A DNA stretch of 52,559 nt from a virus: positions 1 through 52,559 of IMG/VR virus record IMGVR_UViG_3300023099_000002; one strand, given 5' to 3'. The position numbers and the translations under genes are program-made. Shown piece by piece: positions 10,022 through 18,927 of the stretch. Position 1 is the first letter of the stretch. Every line of letters starts with the position of its first letter. The notes beneath the pieces are model-generated. The model ran no database searches. It was not told the origin of the DNA and saw only the letters and a program-made list of their open reading frames with translations.

Positions 10022-11002
10022 ATGGCTTGTATAGATAACATAGTATCCATTGGTTTGTGTGACGATGAAGTAAGCACTTCAGGATATACACTCATGTCAG
10101 CTGCCGGTATGTCGCCGTTAAACTCTGAAAAGGTTGCAACGGAACAGTACGGCAAGGGCATGACATTATTGCAGGTCAAAAAAACCTTAGCGATACGGAC
10201 TGTAAGAAATGACTTTATCGGTGTATTACAGGCCAACAACATAGCTTCAACCATTGTTGACCGGGTATATGATAGTTCTGTCTTCAATATAAATGTTGAT
10301 ATGGGTACATATGCGGGCTATAGAGGTGTAAAGATACATGGTGTGAATTCGGGTAGGCGTGGTGGATTGCGTAAACTTATTATCAGGACTATCCAGTGTT
10401 ATCCACTATCGAGCGGGGCGGGTGAATTGACCATTTTAGACTATGAAAGTGGTGTGCCCGTCACTACTTCAATTGCTGTAACCTTTGTTGCTGACAGGAT
10501 AAACACATTTACTCTACCTACACCATATGTTGCACTTAGCAAGGATATAGCCGTAGTGATTGATAATAGCGAAATTAACTTTGCATCGGCTCGAATAAGC
10601 TGCAAACGTGGCTGCAATGGAGTGAATAATCCCTGTGCATGGGCTGATGGCTTTAACGGTGTCAATGATGTGCGTGATGAGGGCTATGGTATCAATGTGC
10701 AGTTTGAATGTAGTTGTGATTATGAAAGTCTGATGTGCGATTTTTCAAAGGCTTTTATAGGCGAATTGATATGGCTTAAATGGCAGGAATATTTCTTTGA
10801 GGAACAGTATAAAACTAACCGTTTTAATGGATGGACTACATACAACCGAGATAACATATGGGACGATGTAATACCCGACTTGCGCAACAGGTACGCACAG
10901 AAATACAATGCAATGGTTAGTGGGGGCCTATTTGAAATGCTAAAGGCTTATGGTGATGAGTGCTTGAATTGCCGGGGAGTAAGAGTAGTAACGAATGTAT
11001 GA
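10022..11002 (+). CDS. structural protein (unassigned, Cys-rich C-terminal half)
   Basis: ATG 10022 lies just after the terminator T-run. The track start at 9992 lies inside the hairpin. Confidence 0.6.
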   Translation: MACIDNIVSIGLCDDEVSTSGYTLMSAAGMSPLNSEKVATEQYGKGMTLLQVKKTLAIRTVRNDFIGVLQANNIASTIVDRVYDSSVFNINVDMGTYAGYRGVKIHGVNSGRRGGLRKLIIRTIQCYPLSSGAGELTILDYESGVPVTTSIAVTFVADRINTFTLPTPYVALSKDIAVVIDNSEINFASARISCKRGCNGVNNPCAWADGFNGVNDVRDEGYGINVQFECSCDYESLMCDFSKAFIGELIWLKWQEYFFEEQYKTNRFNGWTTYNRDNIWDDVIPDLRNRYAQKYNAMVSGGLFEMLKAYGDECLNCRGVRVVTNV

Positions 11003-11694
11003 CCGACTTAGACACACATATCAGCAGGCTGGAAGAACTTAACGCCGCATTGGTAGGTGGTGACTTAGTAGACTTAGCAATAATGCCAGCGGCAGAGGAA
11101 TTGTTATTAGCGATAAAAAACAGGGTTGTTAATCAAGGGATAGGGACCGATGGCAATGCACTAAGGCAGTATTCAACACAGCCTATTTACGTTACAAAAA
11201 ATCAGTTCATAAAAGGTGGTTTTAATGCGCAGGGTAAGAACAATGTTTTTGGAAATACTTTGGGTGATAGGATAATACCGGCAGCAAGATTAAAATCGAA
11301 TGGCATTAAGAAAAACAAGCGTACAGCTATTTTGAACACGCTTGTTAAGCCTAACTATCAGGAACGCAAATCAATGTACCTGAAAGATGGATATAAGGAA
11401 TTAAGGGATATACAGGGGCTGCGTACTGACATTACCAATATGCGATACTCAGGGCAGATGCTGGAAGATTATCAGGCGCAAAAGATGGCGCAATCAGTCT
11501 TGCTGGGGATAGTAACAGAGCGAAGCGCAGAGATATACAACGGTCAGACGTACGGTACATCTAAAATGAGCGGTAGAGGTTTATTTTTCGTAGCAAACGA
11601 GCAAGAAAAACAGGAGTTTTTAAACAGGACATTAGTATCTTTAACACGTCTAACAAGAGGATATATATCAGGTGTTACAGCAACGGTTGAATAG
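10999..11694 (+). CDS. head-tail joining / virion-morphogenesis-like protein (tentative)
   Basis: ATGA overlap (ATG 10999). Position downstream of the capsid gene. Confidence 0.5.
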   Translation: MTDLDTHISRLEELNAALVGGDLVDLAIMPAAEELLLAIKNRVVNQGIGTDGNALRQYSTQPIYVTKNQFIKGGFNAQGKNNVFGNTLGDRIIPAARLKSNGIKKNKRTAILNTLVKPNYQERKSMYLKDGYKELRDIQGLRTDITNMRYSGQMLEDYQAQKMAQSVLLGIVTERSAEIYNGQTYGTSKMSGRGLFFVANEQEKQEFLNRTLVSLTRLTRGYISGVTATVE

Positions 11695-12208
11695 ATTAAG
11701 GGATTTCATTTTACAGCATAACACCTACTTTAATGAAGGTTATGCTAATGCTATTCAGGATGATACCACAGGCCAGATAAATAACGGGGATGATATTATA
11801 TTCCCAGCTGACGATAAAGGCCCTTATTTCTACCTTAGATTGCCAAATAGCCTACAATCTGACTATAACAGGGAATACATAATTGCAGACCCGGCACAGA
11901 GCATAGGTATCAAGTACGATATTATCCTTGTGGCTTGTATCCCTAATGGAGATAGTAGTTTATTGCTCGAAAACATTATTACCACAGTAGGACAGTATGA
12001 TGAGGAAACATTGAGGATTACCCGCATGCTGTTAAATCCTGATGATGTACTATTACAGGAGCTTAAAAAGATAAAGAAGGATAACATACAGGCCGCATTA
12101 CAGAAACTACCTGAAAATTCAGGGTTATGCTCGGTCCATTTTACTTTTACTATACCATTTGTTTTTCAATCACTTAAATGTATACAGTCGCCATGCTTGA
12201 ACTGCTAA
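11672..12208 (+). CDS. hypothetical structural-module protein
   Basis: 178-aa ORF. Start is uncertain (GTG 11672 or TTG 11687, with no early ATG). Confidence 0.5.
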   Translation: MLQQRLNRLRDFILQHNTYFNEGYANAIQDDTTGQINNGDDIIFPADDKGPYFYLRLPNSLQSDYNREYIIADPAQSIGIKYDIILVACIPNGDSSLLLENIITTVGQYDEETLRITRMLLNPDDVLLQELKKIKKDNIQAALQKLPENSGLCSVHFTFTIPFVFQSLKCIQSPCLNC

Positions 12209-12570
12209 CATTCTTATTTATAAGCATATTATTCATGATAGGCTACATGGGTGCTATAAAGGCTCTATGGGCCATGATGCAGGATGGTGGTGCGTTCGAT
12301 GTTGCTTTTCATTGGAGTGAGATGAGAGATAGGTTATATGGCAGCAATAAGCCTACACATCAGATGCTTGAAAAAATATTGGGCGGGTGTGAACAGTGCG
12401 CCTCATTCTGGTGGTCCATGCCGTGGATGGCTTTATATTTCTGTTTCTGCAAAAGCGTAGGTGTTTGGGTTCTTACCCCTATACAGTCTATAATGTGGCT
12501 AGTTGTATTTTGGTCTATATGCTCAATGTTTGGTCTATGGGTACTAACAAATAAAAACAAACATCAATGA
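12178..12570 (+). CDS. multi-pass membrane protein with a CEQC motif (DUF1360-like by recollection)
   Basis: Three or four hydrophobic helices. ATG 12178 or 12193. Confidence 0.55.
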   Translation: MYTVAMLELLTFLFISILFMIGYMGAIKALWAMMQDGGAFDVAFHWSEMRDRLYGSNKPTHQMLEKILGGCEQCASFWWSMPWMALYFCFCKSVGVWVLTPIQSIMWLVVFWSICSMFGLWVLTNKNKHQ

Positions 12571-13091
12571 GCTGCAATTGTACAGGGTCGTTAGTAGACT
12601 GCATTAAAACATACGTAGGCCCATGCGACTTAGGTATAAACACTGGCCTCGTGGCAGAGCAAACGGGCAATCATCTGGTTATGCTAATGTTTAATGGCGT
12701 ATCTACACAGTTTTTGTTGGCAGTCGCAGAGGGTCAAACAATCGTTTTACCTAACACTATCAATAACAATGCAGTATTTGATATGCAGGTTTACCATCCA
12801 GATGATACATTGCTTAATGACACTTGCTACCAATTACGTACTATTGTCACACTAAGTAATGCTAATGCACAGATAACGCCAAGTCCTGAGGGTAGTGATA
12901 AGAAATTTATAACAGTTACACAGGATGGTACAATACTTACAGATGCATTCTTTGGTTTACATTATATATCAGAAATAGACACAGATAATCAGGCATATTT
13001 ACGCAATGTGGGATTTACCCAAAATGGGGCAACAATTACCGCATTATCATTTGGTTTTTACGCAGGTCAGGTAATATTAGCTAAAGCATGA
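12567..13091 (+). CDS. hypothetical tail-module protein
   Basis: ATGA overlaps at both ends. Confidence 0.6.
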   Translation: MSCNCTGSLVDCIKTYVGPCDLGINTGLVAEQTGNHLVMLMFNGVSTQFLLAVAEGQTIVLPNTINNNAVFDMQVYHPDDTLLNDTCYQLRTIVTLSNANAQITPSPEGSDKKFITVTQDGTILTDAFFGLHYISEIDTDNQAYLRNVGFTQNGATITALSFGFYAGQVILAKA

Positions 13092-14728
13092 GAGGACTAA
13101 TAACAATATTGTTTTTACTGATGTGCTGCAACCTACAGGCGCAGAATTATACTCAATTCGGTGCCGCCCGTATTCAGGATACATCGAATACTAAAGGTAG
13201 CATTAAAGTAGCCGGACAGGTAATATTACCATATTATGCCACTTCCAGTACCGCAAATTTCCTTGCCGTGAATAGCGCAGGTTATCTATACCTTACGTCA
13301 GGTGGAGGGGGTGGTGGCACTACTGATAGTACGAGGTTCTCCACAGTCTACCGTAACGATACCGGCAATCAGGCAATACGGGCAAAGCAGCGCACAGACA
13401 GCCTTACATCGGCTGTGCGCTTCACCGACACTATCCAACGTGTAGATGCAGATATAGCCGCATTAGAAACGGCAGTGCTTGATACGGCATTTGACTTACG
13501 GGCAGCGATCAACACTAAGCAATCAGCATTAGGATATACCCCGGAAAATGTCGCCAATAAGGTTCAGAATATCAACAGCCCAAATGCAACCACATACCCG
13601 TCAACAGCGGCTGTAAACAATGCCTTATTGCCGTATGTTTTAAAGTCGGACAGCCTAATAATATTTGCTACCCCCAAAAATATTATGGATAGTGCAAATA
13701 GTGTGCGGTCTGCTATTCCTGTAGTTACAGGCAAGGTAAATTACAGTGATAGCCTTGTGACGTTCGCCACCCCTAAGCAGTTGAAAGACACGGCAGCAGC
13801 TATAAGATCATCATTCCCGGCAGGTACGGACACTACAGGACTAAGCAATAGGATCAATCAGAAACAGAACTACAGTGACACTACTACATATGATGGTACG
13901 AAATATAATATCAGTGTAGCGGCTGCGCCTAAGCAGAATTTTACCGATACCAATAGCTATGATGCTACGAAGTATAATTTAACTGTCGGACTGGCACCTA
14001 AGCTGAACAGCAGTGATACGGCGGGATTAAGTGGCAGGATTAATTTGAAACTGAATAGTTCGGATACAGCAAGTTTAAGTAATCGTATCAACCTGAAATT
14101 AAACATCACGGACACTGCAAGCCTATCAAACCGCATAAACTTAAAACTGAATTCATTCGACACAGCAGGGCTTAGTACGCGTATAAATCTTAAGCTGAAT
14201 GCGAATGATACCGCAAGCCTGAGCAATAGGATAAACTTAAAACTCACAAGCACAGATACCGCCGGTTTAAGTAACAGGATTAACCTTAAGCTCAATTCAA
14301 GCGACACAGCAGGGCTTAGCGGCCGCATCAACCTTAAACAAAATATCACAGACACCACCACCTATGATGGCACTAAGTATGATATAGTGGTACGCAGGCA
14401 AACAAACGCCACTATCACAACCACCACCACGCTTACAATAGCAGGTAATACAGGAGCGTCAACGATATACCAAGCCATTACCACACAGGTAGGCGCACTG
14501 ACCATCGCTAACCCTACTGGCACGTTCACAGAAGGCGAGTGTTTGGAGATATTGGTTAAGGGTGCATCTGCTATAGCCATAACTTTCGGGTCTGCATTTG
14601 AGGCCACTGGTACGGCATTGCCGACTACGACAACAGCGGGTAAGACGCTCATGATGTATTTCCAGTACAACAATTCAACATCATCTGCTAAATGGCAGAT
14701 AAGACAATCTGATCCACTTGTACCGTAA
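13088..14728 (+). CDS. tail fibre protein with 16-aa tandem repeats and a signal-peptide-like N-terminus
   Basis: N-terminus MRGLITILFLLMCCNLQAQ. Contains the fibre-type motif LGYTPENVANK...YPSTAAVNNAL, seven KLNSSDTAGLSNRINL-type units and a Thr-rich C-terminus. Confidence 0.75.
   Translation: MRGLITILFLLMCCNLQAQNYTQFGAARIQDTSNTKGSIKVAGQVILPYYATSSTANFLAVNSAGYLYLTSGGGGGGTTDSTRFSTVYRNDTGNQAIRAKQRTDSLTSAVRFTDTIQRVDADIAALETAVLDTAFDLRAAINTKQSALGYTPENVANKVQNINSPNATTYPSTAAVNNALLPYVLKSDSLIIFATPKNIMDSANSVRSAIPVVTGKVNYSDSLVTFATPKQLKDTAAAIRSSFPAGTDTTGLSNRINQKQNYSDTTTYDGTKYNISVAAAPKQNFTDTNSYDATKYNLTVGLAPKLNSSDTAGLSGRINLKLNSSDTASLSNRINLKLNITDTASLSNRINLKLNSFDTAGLSTRINLKLNANDTASLSNRINLKLTSTDTAGLSNRINLKLNSSDTAGLSGRINLKQNITDTTTYDGTKYDIVVRRQTNATITTTTTLTIAGNTGASTIYQAITTQVGALTIANPTGTFTEGECLEILVKGASAIAITFGSAFEATGTALPTTTTAGKTLMMYFQYNNSTSSAKWQIRQSDPLVP
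14000..14335 (+). repeat. 7 x 48-nt in-frame tandem repeat (16-aa units K-L-N-S-S-D-T-A-G-L-S-N-R-I-N-L). Degenerate units extend over 13823..14383.
   Basis: Read from the translation and the DNA. Peptide units are near-identical, while the codons differ. Confidence 0.9.
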
Positions 14729-15473
14729 CATACTACTCATATCAACCATGCTCTTTACCGTGCCTGCAATGGCACAGGTAACGGTATTGTCTACTACGGC
14801 TAATGCTCCATTAGTAGCTAATGCTATGACAGTATCCAGTACCGGATTTAATGATAGTGGGGCTACGCTGAATTTTATAGCCATAGTCGATTACTCATTG
14901 GTTGGGCCGGGCACACTGACCGACAACAAGGGTAATACTGTAACATTGGATACATCGTTTACTGATGCAGCAAGTGGGGGCAGGATGAGGGTATACAGGG
15001 TTGCTAATCCTACTTTCGGCACATCGGTAAGCCCACACATTTACACTTATACGACAGTCGGCACTTCCTACCCATCAATTTATACGGTGTCAGCAAAGGG
15101 CCAGTATGCGCCTGTGCGTGACAGGAGATCAGTTAAGAATAACGGATCAGCAGTAACAACAGGGGATGCGGGGAGTATAACTCCATCAGTGAACAATGAA
15201 CTGGTAATTGGCGTTATGATGCCTACAACTGGTACGAACGTTACTACACCAGTGGGTTATACACTTGTCGGCCGGTTCAGCTACCCTTCTATAGGCAATT
15301 TTGGGTCTTTAGCTTGTTACCAAGTGCAGACCACAGCAACAGCAACTAACCCTTCATACTCATGGACAGGTGCGAGTGCATACGGGGCGTACATAATTAG
15401 CTTCAACTTTGACAACCCGCCAGTAGGTGTAGTGTCGGGTAATTTCTCAATATATTATTCTCAAATGCAATGA
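14718..15473 (+). CDS. tail fibre / receptor-binding-like protein
   Basis: 251 aa, Ser/Thr/Gly-rich and beta-rich in appearance. A TTG start at 14718 gives a signal-like N-terminus (..ILLISTMLFTVPAMAQ). The first ATG is at 14748. Confidence 0.55.
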   Translation: MYRNILLISTMLFTVPAMAQVTVLSTTANAPLVANAMTVSSTGFNDSGATLNFIAIVDYSLVGPGTLTDNKGNTVTLDTSFTDAASGGRMRVYRVANPTFGTSVSPHIYTYTTVGTSYPSIYTVSAKGQYAPVRDRRSVKNNGSAVTTGDAGSITPSVNNELVIGVMMPTTGTNVTTPVGYTLVGRFSYPSIGNFGSLACYQVQTTATATNPSYSWTGASAYGAYIISFNFDNPPVGVVSGNFSIYYSQMQ

Positions 15474-15982
15474 AAGTACTAATACTCACAAGCGCATTCG
15501 TTACTGCTATGACCGGGCAAGCGTCAATAATTGGTGGGCCAAATGGATCTATAGAATATTTTAACGCATCGTATTATAATGGGAATGCGGTATGCCCTCT
15601 ATGGGAGGCGATATACTTCCCTACACAGTTCGCAGCTGCTGCGCCATTTGATACGCTTGATATACCTTTGCTCGATAGTCAGGTACAGCAAACAAACCTT
15701 GCCTATACAGTGCCCGTAACGAGCAGTAGTGATACTATTACCATAACTATACCGGCAGGAAGGCAGCTTAGCGGGTTCGATGTCAATCCAGCCACTGATA
15801 GCGCAAGGATAGCATTATACACAGCGGCGGGTGTCCAGTTCGTACCGGCAGACACTTATAAGCAAGGGAGAGTAACCCCGGTTACTCTGGATGAGGCATT
15901 CTCTAACACGGTAGCTACAACGGTTAAGGCTATACGCTCGGCAGGTACTGGTTCTGTAAGGATAAATTTTAAAATATGGTGA
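15470..15982 (+). CDS. tail-fibre-module protein with a signal-like N-terminus
   Basis: ATGA overlap. N-terminus MKVLILTSAFVTAMTGQAS. Confidence 0.55.
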   Translation: MKVLILTSAFVTAMTGQASIIGGPNGSIEYFNASYYNGNAVCPLWEAIYFPTQFAAAAPFDTLDIPLLDSQVQQTNLAYTVPVTSSSDTITITIPAGRQLSGFDVNPATDSARIALYTAAGVQFVPADTYKQGRVTPVTLDEAFSNTVATTVKAIRSAGTGSVRINFKIW

Positions 15983-15983
15983 T

Positions 15984-16820
15984 ATGGGAAGGATACTAAT
16001 GATTGTTTTAATGATGCTTAGCCACACGATTATGGCAAGCAATGGGCAGGTATCACCTAAGATACAGACCAGCGGTGTGATGCTGCCAACTGGAATGATA
16101 GATAAACCAACAGTTGCAGGGCCGGGTATTTTAGTAGATACATCTGGCAGGGTGTTAATTGACAGTGTAGTTACCATGACATGGGCAAGGTCGCTGGATA
16201 GCTTCAATACGCTCAAAGCTGCTATAGCGGCACGCATAACCACGGCATTGGCAGCAAGCACTTATACGCCAAGAGCACGCACAATTACTATCGCTGGTGT
16301 TACACAGGATCTGACAGCTAACAGAACATGGACACCAACCACGGCAAATATTGCGGAGAGCGGCAACCTGTATTATACTGACGCACGGGCACAAGCAGCA
16401 ATTACAGCCGGATCAGGAATAAGTATTACATCAGGAGTTGTAACTAATACTGCTCAATATACAGCACCTACGCTAAATGCCGCTACAAGGCCCATAAACA
16501 GCACTACATGGACTATCAGCAGCACCAAGCAGGCAAGTGTAGTATACTACATCACCATTAGCTGTACTGCTACCATATCAGGCCCTTCAAGTGGTCAGGT
16601 TGAGCTTCAGTATAGCACCAATGCGGGTAGTACATGGACTGCCTGCGGTATTGCAAAAAGCACCAATACTGTATCTTTGGCAGTAGTATTAAATAGTGTA
16701 GTTTCGCAGACCACGCCGATAGTAGCAATGGGAATACCCGCCAATGCGCTTATGCGTATGGTGTCTACTTCAAGTGGCACCACAACACTATCATACACCT
16801 ACGGATTTGAAACTTATTAA
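15984..16820 (+). CDS. tail fibre-like protein with a signal-like N-terminus
   Basis: N-terminus MGRILMIVLMMLSHTIMAS. Ala/Thr-rich shaft-like region and a Thr/Ser-rich beta C-terminus. Confidence 0.6.
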   Translation: MGRILMIVLMMLSHTIMASNGQVSPKIQTSGVMLPTGMIDKPTVAGPGILVDTSGRVLIDSVVTMTWARSLDSFNTLKAAIAARITTALAASTYTPRARTITIAGVTQDLTANRTWTPTTANIAESGNLYYTDARAQAAITAGSGISITSGVVTNTAQYTAPTLNAATRPINSTTWTISSTKQASVVYYITISCTATISGPSSGQVELQYSTNAGSTWTACGIAKSTNTVSLAVVLNSVVSQTTPIVAMGIPANALMRMVSTSSGTTTLSYTYGFETY

Positions 16821-16845
16821 TAAACCAAAATAAAAGACCAAGCAC

Positions 16846-17166
16846 ATGTGTACCGCAACAAGACTAATGAAGTTCAAGAATTTCAACCTATTTACAGACG
16901 ATGTAACGGGGATTAACTTCGATGGAATACCTGTAGGTAAGCTGCCATTTCTGCTTGCCGCATACCCTAAGAGGTTCGCAATACTGCCTGATATAGATGG
17001 ACAGTCAACGCTGTTCGCTGAAGTTCCGGTGGGTGAGGGTTTGACGCTCAATACTACCTCTATGGATCGTGTCGCTGAAGAAGTGCCGGTGATACAGACT
17101 AACGGATGTGAAATGCCATTATTTATACGCTTGTTCGGTGGGCGCAGACCGCACCTTAATAGCTAA
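16846..17166 (+). CDS. hypothetical protein (end of virion module)
   Basis: 106-aa ORF. Alternative ATG at 16867. Confidence 0.5.
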   Translation: MCTATRLMKFKNFNLFTDDVTGINFDGIPVGKLPFLLAAYPKRFAILPDIDGQSTLFAEVPVGEGLTLNTTSMDRVAEEVPVIQTNGCEMPLFIRLFGGRRPHLNS

Positions 17167-17168
17167 TC

Positions 17169-17516
17169 ATGAATAAGATCCCAGTAATTCTATTATACGT
17201 AATTTTAGGGCTTTGCTTTTCTTCCCTGTTTGTATCTGCTGATACGGACAAGGCAAGTATTGACGAATTTGCTACATTGCTGTTTTTCACAATGCTGTAT
17301 TTTTGCGTAAAATATGGGATTGATGGATTCTTTCCGTATCATAATAGAGTTGTAGGGTTCACGCTTTGGTTAGCGGTAGGCAAATTTTTTGATGGCGTTT
17401 CATCATGGCGTAATGATGTAATCAGCATTGCCGAAATATCATGGGATATGTTGGGTTTGTTTATCCTGTATTGTAATTTAAAATCCGACTATAAAACCAT
17501 TAACGGCAAAAAATGA
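17169..17516 (+). CDS. membrane protein, holin-like (class uncertain)
   Basis: Three or four predicted TM helices. First of three coupled membrane-protein genes upstream of the lysins. Confidence 0.5.
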   Translation: MNKIPVILLYVILGLCFSSLFVSADTDKASIDEFATLLFFTMLYFCVKYGIDGFFPYHNRVVGFTLWLAVGKFFDGVSSWRNDVISIAEISWDMLGLFILYCNLKSDYKTINGKK

Positions 17517-17860
17517 AACCTGAAATAGACCTGTTTGATTCCTTGTCCCAGTTTATTTATAGATACATAACCTATATAGGCCTTATTTTGATGGGGCTTA
17601 TGGGACGTTTTTCCTATGATCTTATACGTAACAAAAAAAGGAACTGGAGCTACATTGCAGGGTGCACAGGTATAGCGATATTAGGTGGGTATATGTCAAG
17701 CGTTTATTTTATGCAGAACTATCCCGCAAAGGCCCCGTTCATGGTGCCGTTAATCACGATGATCTCCAATAATCTTGTTTCGGCAGTAATGACAATAGAT
17801 TATAAGGCCTTGGCACAAAAAGACTGGAAGGGCGCATTCGAGATACTCTTTAAGAAATAA
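17513..17860 (+). CDS. membrane protein, holin-like
   Basis: ATGA overlap, about 3 TM helices, charged C-terminus. Confidence 0.5.
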   Translation: MKPEIDLFDSLSQFIYRYITYIGLILMGLMGRFSYDLIRNKKRNWSYIAGCTGIAILGGYMSSVYFMQNYPAKAPFMVPLITMISNNLVSAVMTIDYKALAQKDWKGAFEILFKK

Positions 17861-18118
17861 ATGTTGATACCACATAATTATCAAAGTAAAAACATCATAC
17901 CAATGAAATCATGGAGAAGTTTTGCCCTCGGACTTGCAGGTGCTATATTTAACGCCATCCTACCTATAATACAGACAGGCACATTTGATATACACAGGGA
18001 TTGGCCTAAGCTGCTGGAAAGTGCGGGTATAGTGTTCTTTTCCTATGTAGTAAAGGATGCAAAGGCAACTGGGTTACCGAATGAGCCTAACAAGAGTACG
18101 CCGGATGGACAGGGGTAA
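17861..18118 (+). CDS. small membrane protein, holin/antiholin-like
   Basis: The KSWRSFALGLAGAIFNAILPII motif resembles small phage holins. Alternative ATG at 17903. Confidence 0.5.
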   Translation: MLIPHNYQSKNIIPMKSWRSFALGLAGAIFNAILPIIQTGTFDIHRDWPKLLESAGIVFFSYVVKDAKATGLPNEPNKSTPDGQG

Positions 18119-18205
18119 AAATATATAGCCGCATACAATCAAGTACACGGCTGACATACCGATTCAGGACACCCGAATCCGATACAAATATAGGATAAAA
18201 TAAGT

Positions 18206-18230
18206 AAAGCCACTCAATCCGAGTGGCTTT
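18206..18230 (+). terminator. hairpin after the holin-like genes
   Basis: AAAGCCACTC-AATCC-GAGTGGCTTT. Only a short T tract. Confidence 0.5.
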
Positions 18231-18340
18231 ACTGCGTAAGAATAGTTTTACCTATCCGATATGTAAAAAGTGCCTTTGGCTGTCACAAACATACTTCGAA
18301 TTTATTTACCGTGCAAGTGAAATACTATTTTATTTATCAC

Positions 18341-18348
18341 TATATTTG
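18341..18348 (+). promoter_or_regulatory. -7 box TATATTTG (candidate sRNA promoter)
   Basis: Matches the Bacteroidota TAnnTTTG consensus, in a non-coding region. Confidence 0.4.
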
Positions 18349-18353
18349 TAACT

Positions 18354-18552
18354 GTCATTTCCCATAGGGGAAAGGACTTGGCGGCCCACATTGCCGTAAT
18401 TGTGGGATATCTCGGCAACCATGCGCAATATCAGTAAGCGTTGAAGGAGTATAGAAGTCGTATTGTTTTAGTGCGATTTCGGAAATTAGTTGACCACTCA
18501 AATGAATGGAACAAATCTTAAAATGCATACCATCGTGGGTATGCATTTTTTG
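18354..18552 (+). ncRNA. candidate small non-coding RNA (promoter-to-terminator unit without a credible ORF)
   Basis: TATATTTG box at 18341-18348. Local hairpins (TTTCCC/GGGAAA, CCCACA/TGTGGG). A 9-12 bp terminator hairpin plus T-run at 18520-18552. The longest ATG ORF that terminates inside the unit is 7 codons, and a 33-codon frame from ATG 18502 only continues by reading through the terminator. Confidence 0.35.
18520..18552 (+). terminator. intrinsic terminator of the candidate sRNA unit
   Basis: ATGCATACC-ATCGTG-GGTATGCAT followed by TTTTT. Confidence 0.7.
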
Positions 18553-18554
18553 CT

Positions 18555-18562
18555 TACATTTG
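18555..18562 (+). promoter_or_regulatory. -7 box TACATTTG
   Basis: Immediately after terminator 18520-18552 and upstream of ATG 18599. Confidence 0.35.
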
Positions 18563-18598
18563 TGCCGCCGCAATGGTGCGGTAAAAAACTTACACAAG

Positions 18599-18862
18599 AT
18601 GAATAAAATAAAATTTAGCATAAAGCGTTCTGGCGCTTTTTATGGTAAAATACAGGTAGTTGCACATCGTAATGGCTTAGGGCTGTTTGTGTTCAATCCT
18701 GAATTCGATGGATATGATGTAAACCACAAGCTATGTGTTTCCAAAATACAGGTGTTTTTATTTTGGTTTATACTTGAAATAGATTTGCCATTTGTAGATC
18801 AAGGCAGCAATGAACGCTATCAAATATATCACCCGAAAGATATGCGCAAAACATATCCGTAG
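18599..18862 (+). CDS. hypothetical 87-aa protein (weak)
   Basis: Internal ATG of track ORF 18506..18862. Preceded by a TACATTTG box (18555) and followed by a terminator. No family recognised. Confidence 0.35.
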   Translation: MNKIKFSIKRSGAFYGKIQVVAHRNGLGLFVFNPEFDGYDVNHKLCVSKIQVFLFWFILEIDLPFVDQGSNERYQIYHPKDMRKTYP

Positions 18863-18889
18863 TTTCCGTAAGTTTCTACGGACAACAGG

Positions 18890-18917
18890 CCGACACTATC
18901 ATGGTGTCGGTTTTTTT
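18890..18917 (+). terminator. intrinsic terminator
   Basis: CCGACAC-TATCAT-GTGTCGG followed by TTTTTTT. Confidence 0.75.
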
Positions 18918-18919
18918 AT

Positions 18920-18927
18920 TATCTTTA
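18920..18927 (+). promoter_or_regulatory. -7-like box TATCTTTA, leaderless spacing
   Basis: ATG 18932 lies 5 nt after the box. Follows a terminator. Confidence 0.5.

Noticed and set aside
14000-14335. A regular 48-nt repeat array that could be mistaken for a CRISPR-like or satellite array
   Set aside because: There are no spacers. The units are contiguous, in frame and encode a conserved 16-aa peptide inside a long ORF.
13957-14673. Minus-strand ORFs 13957..14361 and 14362..14673, antisense to the tail-fibre gene
   Set aside because: They are open only because the sense strand is a low-complexity repeat and Thr-rich sequence. They oppose a tightly coupled plus-strand operon and have no start context.
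18289-18300. A TTCGAAT T-loop-like heptamer, and a general search for tRNA genes
   Set aside because: There are no flanking acceptor or T-stem complementarity and no cloverleaf. I found no GGTTCGA-type T-arm elsewhere outside coding sequence, although a covariance-model scan was not possible.
18355-18621. The minus-strand 88-aa ORF and the extended plus-strand start (18506) in the non-coding island
   Set aside because: Both read through terminator hairpins and across promoter boxes. The sequence is Cys/His/Phe-rich and implausible, with no upstream signals.
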